Shown here in pieces: positions 20,480-30,216 of a stretch of DNA of 64,000 nucleotides (position 1 is its first letter; the number at the start of each line of letters is the position of its first letter). The stretch covers positions 46,697 to 110,696 of the forward strand of contig JAHPZJ010000019.1 of assembly GCA_019058245.1 (NCBI GenBank). The letters are read 5' to 3'. A model generated the notes under the pieces. The model was not told where the DNA came from, did not search any database, and saw only the letters and a list, made by a program, of their open reading frames with translations. Source of the stretch: Promethearchaeota archaeon (GTDB lineage Archaea > Asgardarchaeota > Lokiarchaeia > Sigyniarchaeales > SOKP01). The translations under genes and the position numbers were made by a program.

Positions 20480-21853
20480 ATGGTATTAGAGAAATTAGGT
20501 AGATCACTTGACACGGCAATAAGAAAGCTTAGAAGACTTCCATCAGTAGATAAAGCCGCGATTGATGGACTTATTCAAGAATTGCAGAGATCCTTACTAA
20601 GTTCAGACGTAAAAGTGGAATTAGTGTTCGAGATGACAGAAAATATTCGAAAAGAAGCTATGAATACTAAACTCCAGAAGGCAAGACGTAGAGATTTTAT
20701 TATTAAATTAGTACACGATGAGCTTATTAAACTATTAGGTGGGAAACCTGCTCCTATAAGAATAAAACCAGGGAAAAAGAATATTATTTTACTTGTTGGG
20801 ATTCAAGGTTCAGGAAAAACTACTACAATTGCAAAGATAGCAAAATACTACAAAAGCAAAGGTTATAAGGTTGGAGCATTAACAACTGATACATGGCGAC
20901 CTGGAGCTTATGAACAATTAGTGCAATTATCAGAACAAGTAGGTATAAAGTGTTATGGAAATCCTAATGAAAAAAATGCTATTAAAATTGCAATTCAAGA
21001 GACTAAAAAGGCAATAAATGAAGGGAATGATATTATTATTACAGATACTGCCGGGAGACATAAAGAAGAAAAAGAATTAATGAAAGAAATGGCTATTCTT
21101 GAACAAAAATTAAAACCAAATGAAATCATCTTAGTAATTGATGGCACACTTGGGCAACAGGCATATAATCAAGCAGAAGCATTTGCCCAGACAACTAAGG
21201 TAGGTTCTATTATTGTAACTAAATTAGACGGGACTGCTAAAGGAGGTGGTGCTTTATCGGCATGCTCTGCTGCGAACGTTGGTATACGTTTTATTGGTAC
21301 TGGGGAAAAAATAGATGATTTTGAGGAATTTGAACCCTCTAAATTTGTAGGAACTCTACTTGGAATTCCTGATATTGAATCATTAGTTCAAAAAGTACAA
21401 GAAGCTGAAGTTGATATTGAACCCGAAATGGTTAAAAGGATGATGCATGGTAAATTTACTTTAGATGATTTATATCTCCAATTAAAGAGTATAAAAAAAG
21501 TAGGTAAATTTAAGCAGATATTAGCTATGATGGGTGGTGGGAACATTCCAGATGCATTGAAAGAAGATGCAGAAGCAAACCTCGCAAAGTGGGAGGTAGT
21601 TTTAAGTTCTATGACACAAGAAGAGAAAAATGAACCAAAAATTATAAAAAAAACCAGGAAAAGAAGAATAGCAATTGGTTCAGGTGTTGAGTATTCAATT
21701 ATAAATAAAATGCTTGATCAATATAATCAGATGAAGAAATTTATGAAAAGATTTCTTCAAATGCAAAAAAAGGGAAAGGGCATGCCGGGAATGCCAGGAT
21801 TACCTGGTGGAAAAGCTGGAGCTGATTTTATGAAAAAATTAGGTAAATTTTAG
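20480..21853 (+). CDS. srp54: Signal recognition particle protein SRP54
   Basis: GIQGSGKTTT, DTWRPGA, DTAGRH, TKLDGTAKGGGALS, Met-rich M domain. Confidence 0.97.
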   Translation: MVLEKLGRSLDTAIRKLRRLPSVDKAAIDGLIQELQRSLLSSDVKVELVFEMTENIRKEAMNTKLQKARRRDFIIKLVHDELIKLLGGKPAPIRIKPGKKNIILLVGIQGSGKTTTIAKIAKYYKSKGYKVGALTTDTWRPGAYEQLVQLSEQVGIKCYGNPNEKNAIKIAIQETKKAINEGNDIIITDTAGRHKEEKELMKEMAILEQKLKPNEIILVIDGTLGQQAYNQAEAFAQTTKVGSIIVTKLDGTAKGGGALSACSAANVGIRFIGTGEKIDDFEEFEPSKFVGTLLGIPDIESLVQKVQEAEVDIEPEMVKRMMHGKFTLDDLYLQLKSIKKVGKFKQILAMMGGGNIPDALKEDAEANLAKWEVVLSSMTQEEKNEPKIIKKTRKRRIAIGSGVEYSIINKMLDQYNQMKKFMKRFLQMQKKGKGMPGMPGLPGGKAGADFMKKLGKF

Positions 21854-21878
21854 AAAATTATCTTTACTAAAAATATAT

Positions 21879-22541
21879 TTGATTAGATTGGTAAACTTCT
21901 TAATTTTACAAGAAAAAATAATTGACTATAATAAAAAAACCATAGATAAAGGTCTTACACCTCAAAAAGTTTATGAAATATGTTCTTGTCTTAGAGAAGC
22001 TTTCTGCTTATCTTATTCTATAAGAAAGAACAATTCTTTATATTTATATTTTCAAAAGGAACATGTTTTAATAAAGTTTGAAGGAAAAGAATTACGATAT
22101 TTAGGTCCTGATGAGAGATCTCAAGCTTTGCTATTAGAGAAGGTTTTAAGGAAAGTAAAAAGTGAAAGTAATACTAAAAATGATTCATGGTTAAAATCAA
22201 CGCCTGGAATTTTTATTAAAAAATTTTTGAATGATTTTTCTTTTATGGCTTTTTATAAATCAATAGCAATCGGAACCAGCTTTTTAATAATAAATAACAC
22301 TCAAATTGAAGAAGATATAGTAGATGATTTAATTTTAAATAAACAGATTTTTGATATTAAAGACGATGATTTTTTCATCATTCCAACTTATACCATAACG
22401 CAAGAAATTTCTAATATTATTGAATTATTCAAAAAATCAAAAAATACAAAACTTTTATCTTTTTCAAAAATTAAAGATGTGGAAGATATAATTTTATATA
22501 TTAATTTTAAAAAAGATCAACAAATAAGACTCGAAAAATAA
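21879..22541 (+). CDS. TrmY-like (tRNA pseudouridine-54 N1-methyltransferase) protein with degenerate C-terminal SPOUT knot
   Basis: AFCLSYSIRK, FEGKELRYLGPDERS and STPGIF match the TrmY N-terminal half; no GDH or LH.xHC motifs. Confidence 0.7.
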   Translation: MIRLVNFLILQEKIIDYNKKTIDKGLTPQKVYEICSCLREAFCLSYSIRKNNSLYLYFQKEHVLIKFEGKELRYLGPDERSQALLLEKVLRKVKSESNTKNDSWLKSTPGIFIKKFLNDFSFMAFYKSIAIGTSFLIINNTQIEEDIVDDLILNKQIFDIKDDDFFIIPTYTITQEISNIIELFKKSKNTKLLSFSKIKDVEDIILYINFKKDQQIRLEK

Positions 22542-22549
22542 AAGTAAGA

Positions 22550-23941
22550 ATGATCCTAAAGAACGCAAAAATTTATTCTGATGGCTTTCTAAAAAAGGGA
22601 GCTTTGCTTCTCAATGAAGGGATTATAAGTAAAATTAAATTTAATGCTCAGGAAAACGATTTAAGAGAGTTAGCCAAAAAAAATCCCGATAAAAAAGAAT
22701 TAGATTGTCAAAATAAATTAATATTACCAGGTATAATTGATATTCATTCTCATTTACGAGATATGGAACAGAGTGATAAAGAAACTTTTACAACAGGTAC
22801 TCAAGCAGCTGCATTTGCGGGAATTACAACTGTTTTTAACATGCCAAATACAAAGCCTCCAGCAATATCTGCAAAACAAATAAGAAAGTGGTTGGAAAAA
22901 GCGGAAAGAAATATTTTTATTAATGTAGGTTTTATATCAGGGATTCCAAAAGGATTTAATTACGATGAAATTTTAAAAATTATTGAGTTAGGAGTAATAG
23001 GATTTAAAATATATCCGCTTAACTCTTTGAATGGGATTGACTGGACTGATTCATTAAATATTCAAAAACTTCTTAATATCTCTTATAAATTTCAAATTCC
23101 AATATTCATCCATCCTGATTGGCCACTCTCTGAAGGGAAAAGAGCAGATCTCTATCAAGAATTCATGCTCAAAAGATATCCTTTTTTAGAATATCATAAT
23201 AAATTATTTCCGGTTTATACAGAAGCTAAGTATGTTAATTTTATTCTCGAAAATTATTATAAACTAATTACTGATAATAATCTTGATCCTGAAAATTATC
23301 CAATTATTCATTTTTGCCATGTAAGCTGTAAAGAGAGTTATTTGCCAATACAAAGAGCTATACAAATGAATTCTAAATTGAAAATTACGTTTGAAATAAC
23401 ACCTCACCACTTACTTTTATCAAATGAACTTAAATTAAATAATCCATATATTGGTAAAGTCCTACCTCCTCTACGAGATAAAGAAAATTCTTCATACTTA
23501 TTTAATGAATTAAAGGAGGGCAAAGTAAATATTATAGCAACTGATCATGCTCCCCATACTAAAGAAGAAAAGCAAAATGAATTCGATGCGTTATCGGGAT
23601 TTCCTGGTTTTGAAACGTATCCACTAGTGATTCTTGAGAAAGTATTTAAGTACCGGCTTTCAATTGAAAATTTCATTAAAGCAGCGTCAGAAAATCCTGC
23701 TATAGTTTTTAAATTGAAAAATAAAGGATTTATTAAGGAAGGCTATGATGCTGATTTATTTATCGTTGATAAAGTTCCTGATTATAAAATAAATCCCCAG
23801 ATTTTTAAAACTAAAGCCAAATTTTCTCCTTTTGAGGATTTTGTCACCTCTGTTAAAATTTGGAAAGTATTTTTAAGAGGTATTGAAATTAATAATGATG
23901 TTTCTGCTCCAAACGGAAACATTATTAGAAGAATTCTATAA
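22550..23941 (+). CDS. pyrC: Dihydroorotase
   Basis: PGIIDIHSHLRD, MPNTKP, CHVS, EITPHHL, PPLR, ATDHAPH. Confidence 0.88.
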   Translation: MILKNAKIYSDGFLKKGALLLNEGIISKIKFNAQENDLRELAKKNPDKKELDCQNKLILPGIIDIHSHLRDMEQSDKETFTTGTQAAAFAGITTVFNMPNTKPPAISAKQIRKWLEKAERNIFINVGFISGIPKGFNYDEILKIIELGVIGFKIYPLNSLNGIDWTDSLNIQKLLNISYKFQIPIFIHPDWPLSEGKRADLYQEFMLKRYPFLEYHNKLFPVYTEAKYVNFILENYYKLITDNNLDPENYPIIHFCHVSCKESYLPIQRAIQMNSKLKITFEITPHHLLLSNELKLNNPYIGKVLPPLRDKENSSYLFNELKEGKVNIIATDHAPHTKEEKQNEFDALSGFPGFETYPLVILEKVFKYRLSIENFIKAASENPAIVFKLKNKGFIKEGYDADLFIVDKVPDYKINPQIFKTKAKFSPFEDFVTSVKIWKVFLRGIEINNDVSAPNGNIIRRIL

Positions 23942-24000
23942 AATATAAATGTATGAAGGGTATAATTATACATAAGTCATGTGATTTTTAAAGTATTAAA

Positions 24001-24633
24001 ATGTCTGATGAAGAAAAATTTAGCTTAGAAAAGGGGATAATTTTAGTCAGATTCGCTAGAGAGAATATCGAATTTTTTTTAAAAAATAATCGAAAGATTC
24101 CTGTTCCAGATCGTATTAAAGAAGAATTTGCAGATAACTATGGTGCTTTTGTCACATTAAATAAATATAATGTTAGTGGAAACCCATTGAGAGGGTGTAT
24201 AGGTTATATTGAACCAACATATTCTTTATATGATGTTATACATAGAGTATCAATAAGCGCAGCTATTGAAGATCCACGATTTCTTTCAGTTACTATAGAA
24301 GAAATGGATAATATAGTTATTGAATTATCAATTTTAACACCCCCTAAACTTATAGAAGTTAATGATCCGAAAGATTATATCAATAAAATAGTTATTGGAA
24401 GAGATGGTCTTATTGCAGAGCGAGGAATGCGACGGGGATTGCTTTTACCGCAAGTACCGATAGATCAGGGCAGAAATTGGGATGTTGAAACGTTTATTTC
24501 TCATACATGTTCAAAAGCGTGGTTAGATAGCAATGCTTGGAAAAAAAAAGATACAAAAATATACTCATTTCAAGCTATTCTATTCGAAGAGGAAAAACCA
24601 CGGGGAGATGTGATTAGAAAGTATCTCATGTAA
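24001..24633 (+). CDS. AMMECR1/TIGR00296 family protein
   Basis: GAFVTL, LRGCIG, DPRF, GLLLPQV. Confidence 0.93.
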   Translation: MSDEEKFSLEKGIILVRFARENIEFFLKNNRKIPVPDRIKEEFADNYGAFVTLNKYNVSGNPLRGCIGYIEPTYSLYDVIHRVSISAAIEDPRFLSVTIEEMDNIVIELSILTPPKLIEVNDPKDYINKIVIGRDGLIAERGMRRGLLLPQVPIDQGRNWDVETFISHTCSKAWLDSNAWKKKDTKIYSFQAILFEEEKPRGDVIRKYLM

Positions 24634-24743
24634 AAGAGATAGTACTTTTCATATTAGAATGTGAAAATAATTAGATTGATTTATAAATATTAAAAAACCC
24701 AAGACACGTGATTTATTATTTTCTGCCCTTGGATTCAAAAAAA

Positions 24744-25478
24744 TTACATAATTTTATTCTTTAACGCATATAATGCACTTCTGGTTGATTCTTTAGCTTG
24801 TTGCTCTGTGACCATACCGATTGTTACTGCACATATATTATGATTAGAAATATATTTATATGCTGTTTCTGGTTCAATCTTTCCTGCTGCTAATGTTTTC
24901 ATCGCAATAAAATGAAAACTTTTATTCTTGTCAACTATTTCTTCCAATTCTTCAGCATTTCCCATTAACATTCCAATCGAATTAAATGGAATTAAAAAAG
25001 TTTTAACATTTAAAGAATTTTCTATACAATATTTCAATGTAGGAATTGGATCATGCGTTGCGACACCTGAAATTATTCCATTACTAGTGATTTGGTCCAA
25101 AAGTTTTACCAAATCTCCTCCCCTAACGTCAGAAACCATCCCATGCACAAAAATTAATTTAGCGCCTATTTTTACTAAAGTATCAATGCCTGAATTCTTA
25201 TCTGGATAAGTAGAACCTGTTATAACATAATCACTATGCATTTCACTCATTGTTTTTGCTGCTTCAACAATCTTTCCAATTGGTATTACCTCAATACCTC
25301 TGGCCCCTTCAATATAACTGGCTTCTAATATCTCTAATATCGCTTTTGGATTGTTTAAAAATTTCCTTTGCCATTCGATTGCTTTATATCCGAATTGACC
25401 TGCTCCTATAAATGGAGAAGTTCCTGTGGAAATAAGAGGGATATTTACATCATCAATTTTACAAAAAATGTTAAACAC
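24744..25478 (-). CDS. Conserved archaeal TIM-barrel protein, aldo/keto reductase-like
   Basis: GTSPFIGAGQFG, ATH.P, AMKTLAAG, IGM. Confidence 0.7.
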   Translation of the reverse strand: MFNIFCKIDDVNIPLISTGTSPFIGAGQFGYKAIEWQRKFLNNPKAILEILEASYIEGARGIEVIPIGKIVEAAKTMSEMHSDYVITGSTYPDKNSGIDTLVKIGAKLIFVHGMVSDVRGGDLVKLLDQITSNGIISGVATHDPIPTLKYCIENSLNVKTFLIPFNSIGMLMGNAEELEEIVDKNKSFHFIAMKTLAAGKIEPETAYKYISNHNICAVTIGMVTEQQAKESTRSALYALKNKIM

Positions 25479-25651
25479 TTCTTTTAATTATAAAATAAAT
25501 ATAGTTCAGTTTGTTCTATATTTTTAATATGGGAATTATTGAATTTTAATTAAGTTCACATAAAATATAATCTTCAAAAATCATATTAAATCAAAAAAAT
25601 TATTATTCTTAAAAAGCATTTGAAATTCACTTTTGATTTCTATTCAGTGAA

Positions 25652-25657
25652 GAGGAG
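25652..25657 (+). promoter_or_regulatory. Shine-Dalgarno-like GAGGAG before the ATA codon at 25664
   Basis: GAGGAG-ATTAGA-ATA; 6-nt spacer. Confidence 0.55.
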
Positions 25658-25663
25658 ATTAGA

Positions 25664-27742
25664 ATACAATCTATAAATGGCATTATTTGTAATGCATTAG
25701 GATTTTATAATAAAAATTTAAAAATAATCGAAACATTAAATTCTCTTCTTTTTCGTCATATAATCACGAACCAAGCAAATTCTCTTATTCTTTTTGGAAA
25801 TATAAATGAAAGTAATTCAATTTCTATAACAGAAAAAATAAAACTTATCGATTTGATTTTAAATATCACCCCGAATAAAATCCCTATTATTATTGGTGTC
25901 TATGGTAATCATGCTGATGATGTTTTAGAACAAATAGAGTATTTAGGAAAGAAATTTGAAGTTCTAAATTTTATGATTTCTCCACCCTTTTCTGAAAAAA
26001 AACCAAAAGAAATTATAGATTCTTACTTTGAAAATATTCTAAGTTCAATAAATGTTAAAAATCAGATTTATTTAATTAATAATCCGCTCCAATTTGCTGG
26101 AAATGAAATCGAACCAGATTTATTAAAAAACTTAATGGAATATGAGAATTTGAAGGGATTAAATGATTCCTTTTATAATATCAAAAACTGTAAATCGTAC
26201 ATTCAATATTTAAATAACCAATTTTCAGTTTTTTGTGGAATGGAGGAAAATGCTCAAAGTTTTTTGCAACTTGTTCCGGTTAATCAAAGAAAATTCTGTG
26301 GGATAGTCTCTAATATCAGTAATTTAGTCAATATGAGTTCAAAATTATATAATTATGCGTTAGAAGATAATATCTTAGATTTGTTGCAATTGCAAGAACA
26401 AATTAATGATATGCGAAAAATGATTTATGAAATTAAAACAGATACGGATGAAGAATTAATTGGATTAAAATACGCATTTCTATATTTATATAGAGACGTT
26501 ATTTTAGAAACAGATAAAGATATAAAGTTAATTTCTGAAGAAATTCGTAATCAAATTAACCCAATTAGTAAGGAAAAAATCGAGGCTATCGTTAATTCCT
26601 TATTAAATAACAAACATATTTATCGATTATATCATGTTGGCAAAGGAGATTTTTATCAATTCGATGAAATCATAAAAACTTTTTCTAATTTTGAAGTTTT
26701 AGTTAAACAAGGTAAAGTGAAAAAAATCAAAGAACCTTATGTTTCTGATATCAATACCCTTAATAGAGTAAATTTTGAAAATAATCAATTAGTTTTTAGA
26801 TTTCGCACCGGTCAATTAAAATCAGTTGAAAATTTAATCAAGGAAAAACTCTTATATCCTTTTTTAGATAAGACTTTAAATCCTGATGATTTTGAGTTAA
26901 GAAATAAAGTGAAAGAAATCATCAATACAAAGACAGGTTCATATATCTTCAATAAAGATAAACCTCCAATAATTCCTGTTTGTAATTTACTTTACTATGA
27001 TGAAACTCAAGAAATAATTCCCTATCTTTTCTCAGTAGAAGAGTATATTCGAGGAAAACCTTTATCTCAACTAATCAATCAATATACTAGCGAAGGAAAA
27101 AATTTAAACACAACTAAATTTCTGAATTTATTCAGTACATTGGGAGAACATCTTGGAAACTTACATAAAATAAAATTTGATACGTTTTATAATAAAATTA
27201 TCAATATCGGAAAAACTAAAGATGTATCATACGGTGAATTATTTGAAACTGAATTAGAACAAAAAATACGTGAAGCTACAAAAAATCAATTAGATTTTTC
27301 TGATGAAATAAGGAAATATTATCAAGATAATAAGGTTTTAATTGAAGATGAAAATGAGTTTGTAATTTTACATAATAATTTTCAAAGTGAAAACATTATT
27401 GTAAAAGAAGAATCAGGGATGATAAACATTAAAGGTTTTGTAGGTTTTGATTATTGGAATATTGGTAATAGAGCTCAAGAATTTATCAAAATTGATTATT
27501 GGCTCTCAAAATTTTTGAATTTCCCTTCATTTTATAATGCTTTTTATAATGCATATTCTAAATATCATAAAGTAAATAGTGATTTTAAGAAAAAAATAGA
27601 ATTATTCAAATTAATCTGGTTATTAGATAAATATAATTTAGAATATGATTTAATAAAAAGGTCAGATCAGAAAGAACTTCTCAAAACGCTAAAATTATCA
27701 TTAGAAAGCAATATAGATGAAATGAAAGTCATAATTCGATAA
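25664..27742 (+). CDS. DapA-like TIM barrel fused to an APH/choline kinase-like domain; both appear catalytically degenerate. Probable ATA start at 25664.
   Basis: The frame is open 63 codons upstream of the TTG at 25853 and encodes a DapA-like N-terminus (IQSINGII...LILFGNINE...ITEKIKLI). The C-half contains EEYIRG, LGNLH and LHNNFQSENIIV. Confidence 0.75.
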   Translation: MQSINGIICNALGFYNKNLKIIETLNSLLFRHIITNQANSLILFGNINESNSISITEKIKLIDLILNITPNKIPIIIGVYGNHADDVLEQIEYLGKKFEVLNFMISPPFSEKKPKEIIDSYFENILSSINVKNQIYLINNPLQFAGNEIEPDLLKNLMEYENLKGLNDSFYNIKNCKSYIQYLNNQFSVFCGMEENAQSFLQLVPVNQRKFCGIVSNISNLVNMSSKLYNYALEDNILDLLQLQEQINDMRKMIYEIKTDTDEELIGLKYAFLYLYRDVILETDKDIKLISEEIRNQINPISKEKIEAIVNSLLNNKHIYRLYHVGKGDFYQFDEIIKTFSNFEVLVKQGKVKKIKEPYVSDINTLNRVNFENNQLVFRFRTGQLKSVENLIKEKLLYPFLDKTLNPDDFELRNKVKEIINTKTGSYIFNKDKPPIIPVCNLLYYDETQEIIPYLFSVEEYIRGKPLSQLINQYTSEGKNLNTTKFLNLFSTLGEHLGNLHKIKFDTFYNKIINIGKTKDVSYGELFETELEQKIREATKNQLDFSDEIRKYYQDNKVLIEDENEFVILHNNFQSENIIVKEESGMINIKGFVGFDYWNIGNRAQEFIKIDYWLSKFLNFPSFYNAFYNAYSKYHKVNSDFKKKIELFKLIWLLDKYNLEYDLIKRSDQKELLKTLKLSLESNIDEMKVIIR

Positions 27743-27806
27743 TGTAATAAATTCTTTTAAATAACTAATATATAAATTTTTAAAGGTAGAGTTATATCAT
27801 TTTGGT

Positions 27807-28571
27807 ATGAGTTATTCACCATTCGAATTTCGAGTATTTCCCATCTTTATCTATTATATTTCTCTATCAATATTTGGAATTATAGTATCTATTAAAATGT
27901 ATAACAAATGGAGAGAACGAAATGTACCACCTCCACTTTTTCTTACTCTGGTTTTTTCTTTCCTTACATCAGCCTTAATTATACTTTCAATAGGATTAGC
28001 TGAGGCTGTTATTACTGGTTTTTATAAAGAAATCTATAGGATATCCCTCCCATTAGCGTATAGTATGGTTGTTTTTGCAGACATTTTCTTATTTATTTTT
28101 GCTAGTTATATGATAAATAAGGGAAAAAGAGCTTTTCCTATAATAATAATTGTTGGGATAATACTGATTATTATTCTCTTTCTTCCTTGGAATTGGTGGG
28201 GTGTTCCTCGAGAGGATTATGAAGGGAAACTTAATATAAGATTGTATTCTACTGGAGGGCTTGTAGTTTTTTCATTTTTAATATATGGGTATATTGCTTT
28301 AATATCCCAAAAAGTAAAACGTAACGTCGATGATGAAATCATGCGTACTGGATTGAGATTATTGTTTTATTCAATGATAAGTTTAATTTTTTTGTTTTTA
28401 ATGCTAATTATGGATACATTGATGATTATATTTTTTAACCATCCTGGATATTCTGGATTCACTTATATTGCTTGGATTTTTGGTTTAATTTTTATTGTAC
28501 TTTCTTATTTATCGTTAATTATGCCTGATTGGTTAGTTAAAAGAATTAAAAAAAAATATGGTTATAGCTAG
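27807..28571 (+). CDS. 7TM integral membrane protein
   Basis: Seven hydrophobic segments; C-terminal LIMPDWL followed by a basic tail. Confidence 0.75.
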   Translation: MSYSPFEFRVFPIFIYYISLSIFGIIVSIKMYNKWRERNVPPPLFLTLVFSFLTSALIILSIGLAEAVITGFYKEIYRISLPLAYSMVVFADIFLFIFASYMINKGKRAFPIIIIVGIILIIILFLPWNWWGVPREDYEGKLNIRLYSTGGLVVFSFLIYGYIALISQKVKRNVDDEIMRTGLRLLFYSMISLIFLFLMLIMDTLMIIFFNHPGYSGFTYIAWIFGLIFIVLSYLSLIMPDWLVKRIKKKYGYS

Positions 28572-28757
28572 TAAAAATACTTTTTTTAATAATATAGAGA
28601 AAAAAATATAGGGAAATACAAAATTAAGTGGTTTTAAGATAAATAGTTGGATTTTATGTACTTCCCATAAATTTATAGCATATTTTCTTCAGTAAATTTA
28701 AAATTCAATTTGAAAATAAACAGTTACTTCACTTCAAGAATTACTTTTCTTTTCCAA

Positions 28758-29144
28758 TTAAGGAAGTAATGCAATAACTTCTATTTCAATATCAATATCC
28801 TTAAGGGGGGATAGTGCTTGAATAGTTACTCTTGCAGGTTCTTGACCTTCTAAAAAGTACTTTCGATAAATTTCATTCATTTGATCAAATTCATTTATAT
28901 CCTTCATATATACAACAACTTTTAGGATATCATTCATTGTTGCTCCAGAAGATTCTAGTAAGAACTTGATATTCTCCAAAGATTGCCTTGTCTGTTCAAC
29001 AATATTACCACTAAGAATCTTATCTGTCTTTAGATCTATCGAAAGTTGACTTGTAAGAAATAATAAATTACCTGCTTTTACAACATGGTTAAATGGAGAT
29101 TGAGTTTTTTTAATTCCATTGATTTTTACAATTTCTTTTTTCAT
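28758..29144 (-). CDS. ridA: RidA/YjgF family enamine-imine deaminase
   Basis: PFNHVVKAG, NIKFLLE, MNEIY..YF, PARVTI, IEIEVIA. Confidence 0.92.
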   Translation of the reverse strand: MKKEIVKINGIKKTQSPFNHVVKAGNLLFLTSQLSIDLKTDKILSGNIVEQTRQSLENIKFLLESSGATMNDILKVVVYMKDINEFDQMNEIYRKYFLEGQEPARVTIQALSPLKDIDIEIEVIALLP

Positions 29145-29282
29145 ATTTGAATCACTATAATTTATTCTAATTTCTCTATTAATACAGATAGGGACTTCAA
29201 ATTTCTTTTGAAGATAAATTACTTATTAATAATCATTACTATCCAAAAATTTTTAAGTTTAAATTCAGATTCAAATTCAGTC

Positions 29283-30206
29283 ATGTCGCATTATATTAGA
29301 GAACTAGAATTCGCAATTGATATAGTTGAAAAAGCATCAAGAATAACTGAATGGTTTAGAAGAAAAGGATTCGAATCTTTTTTAAAATCTGACCAGTCTC
29401 CAGTAACTTTAGCAGATCTGGCTTCTCAAATTTATGTTATTTCGCAGTTAAAAGAATATTTTCCAGAGGATGGGATAATAGCAGAAGAAGAGAATATTGA
29501 ATTCGTAAATATTGAAGCTGAAACTCTGATTAATAAATGTTTCAATGAATTAAATTTAAAAAAATTAACAAATCTAAAAAATTTTGTAAGATTTCGAGGT
29601 AAACCTTCTGAACGTCAATGGACAATTGATCCTATTGATGGTACAATTGGATATCAAAAGGGATTGTCTTATGCTATAGGTCTTGGTTTTATGATAAAAT
29701 CAATCCCAAAAGTGTGTGCTATTGCGATACCAAATTATAATAATTACCCATTAGCTATATTTGTTGCTGAAGAAGGTCAAGGATCTCGGGCTTTATATAA
29801 TAACAAGAATTTTAATCCAATCAGAGTAAATCAAAATGAAAAAATAGATAATATTCGATTATGTCATTCATTACATTATGATCAACCTTGGGTTCTCAAT
29901 TTTGCTAAAAAAATTGGGATAAAGAACTACATTCAAATTGACAGCATGGCAAAATTTTGCATGGTAGCCGATGGTACCGCCGATTTATATATTAAACCTC
30001 TAGATCCAGATAAATCTTTTAGTTGGGATTTTATGCCTGGAGATTTACTGGTGAGGGAAGCAGGTGGTAGTGTAACAGACTTGAATGGTGAACGATTAAA
30101 ATTTAACGAAAGAAAATGTTTATGGACAAAACCGGGAATTATTGCTTCAAATGGAATGCTTCAAAAGAAAATACTGGAATTAATTAAAATAAATCCCTCT
30201 AATTAA
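29283..30206 (+). CDS. Inositol monophosphatase family; 3'(2'),5'-bisphosphate nucleotidase (Hal2/CysQ-like)
   Basis: KSDQSPVTLADLASQ, AEE, WTIDPIDGT, DSMAKF, WD..PG..LVREAGG; ATG at 29283. Confidence 0.88.
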   Translation: MSHYIRELEFAIDIVEKASRITEWFRRKGFESFLKSDQSPVTLADLASQIYVISQLKEYFPEDGIIAEEENIEFVNIEAETLINKCFNELNLKKLTNLKNFVRFRGKPSERQWTIDPIDGTIGYQKGLSYAIGLGFMIKSIPKVCAIAIPNYNNYPLAIFVAEEGQGSRALYNNKNFNPIRVNQNEKIDNIRLCHSLHYDQPWVLNFAKKIGIKNYIQIDSMAKFCMVADGTADLYIKPLDPDKSFSWDFMPGDLLVREAGGSVTDLNGERLKFNERKCLWTKPGIIASNGMLQKKILELIKINPSN

Positions 30207-30216
30207 TTATATTGAT

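Noticed and set aside
21770-21815. GMPGMPGLPGG repeat in SRP54
   Set aside because: Ordinary low-complexity tail of the SRP54 M domain
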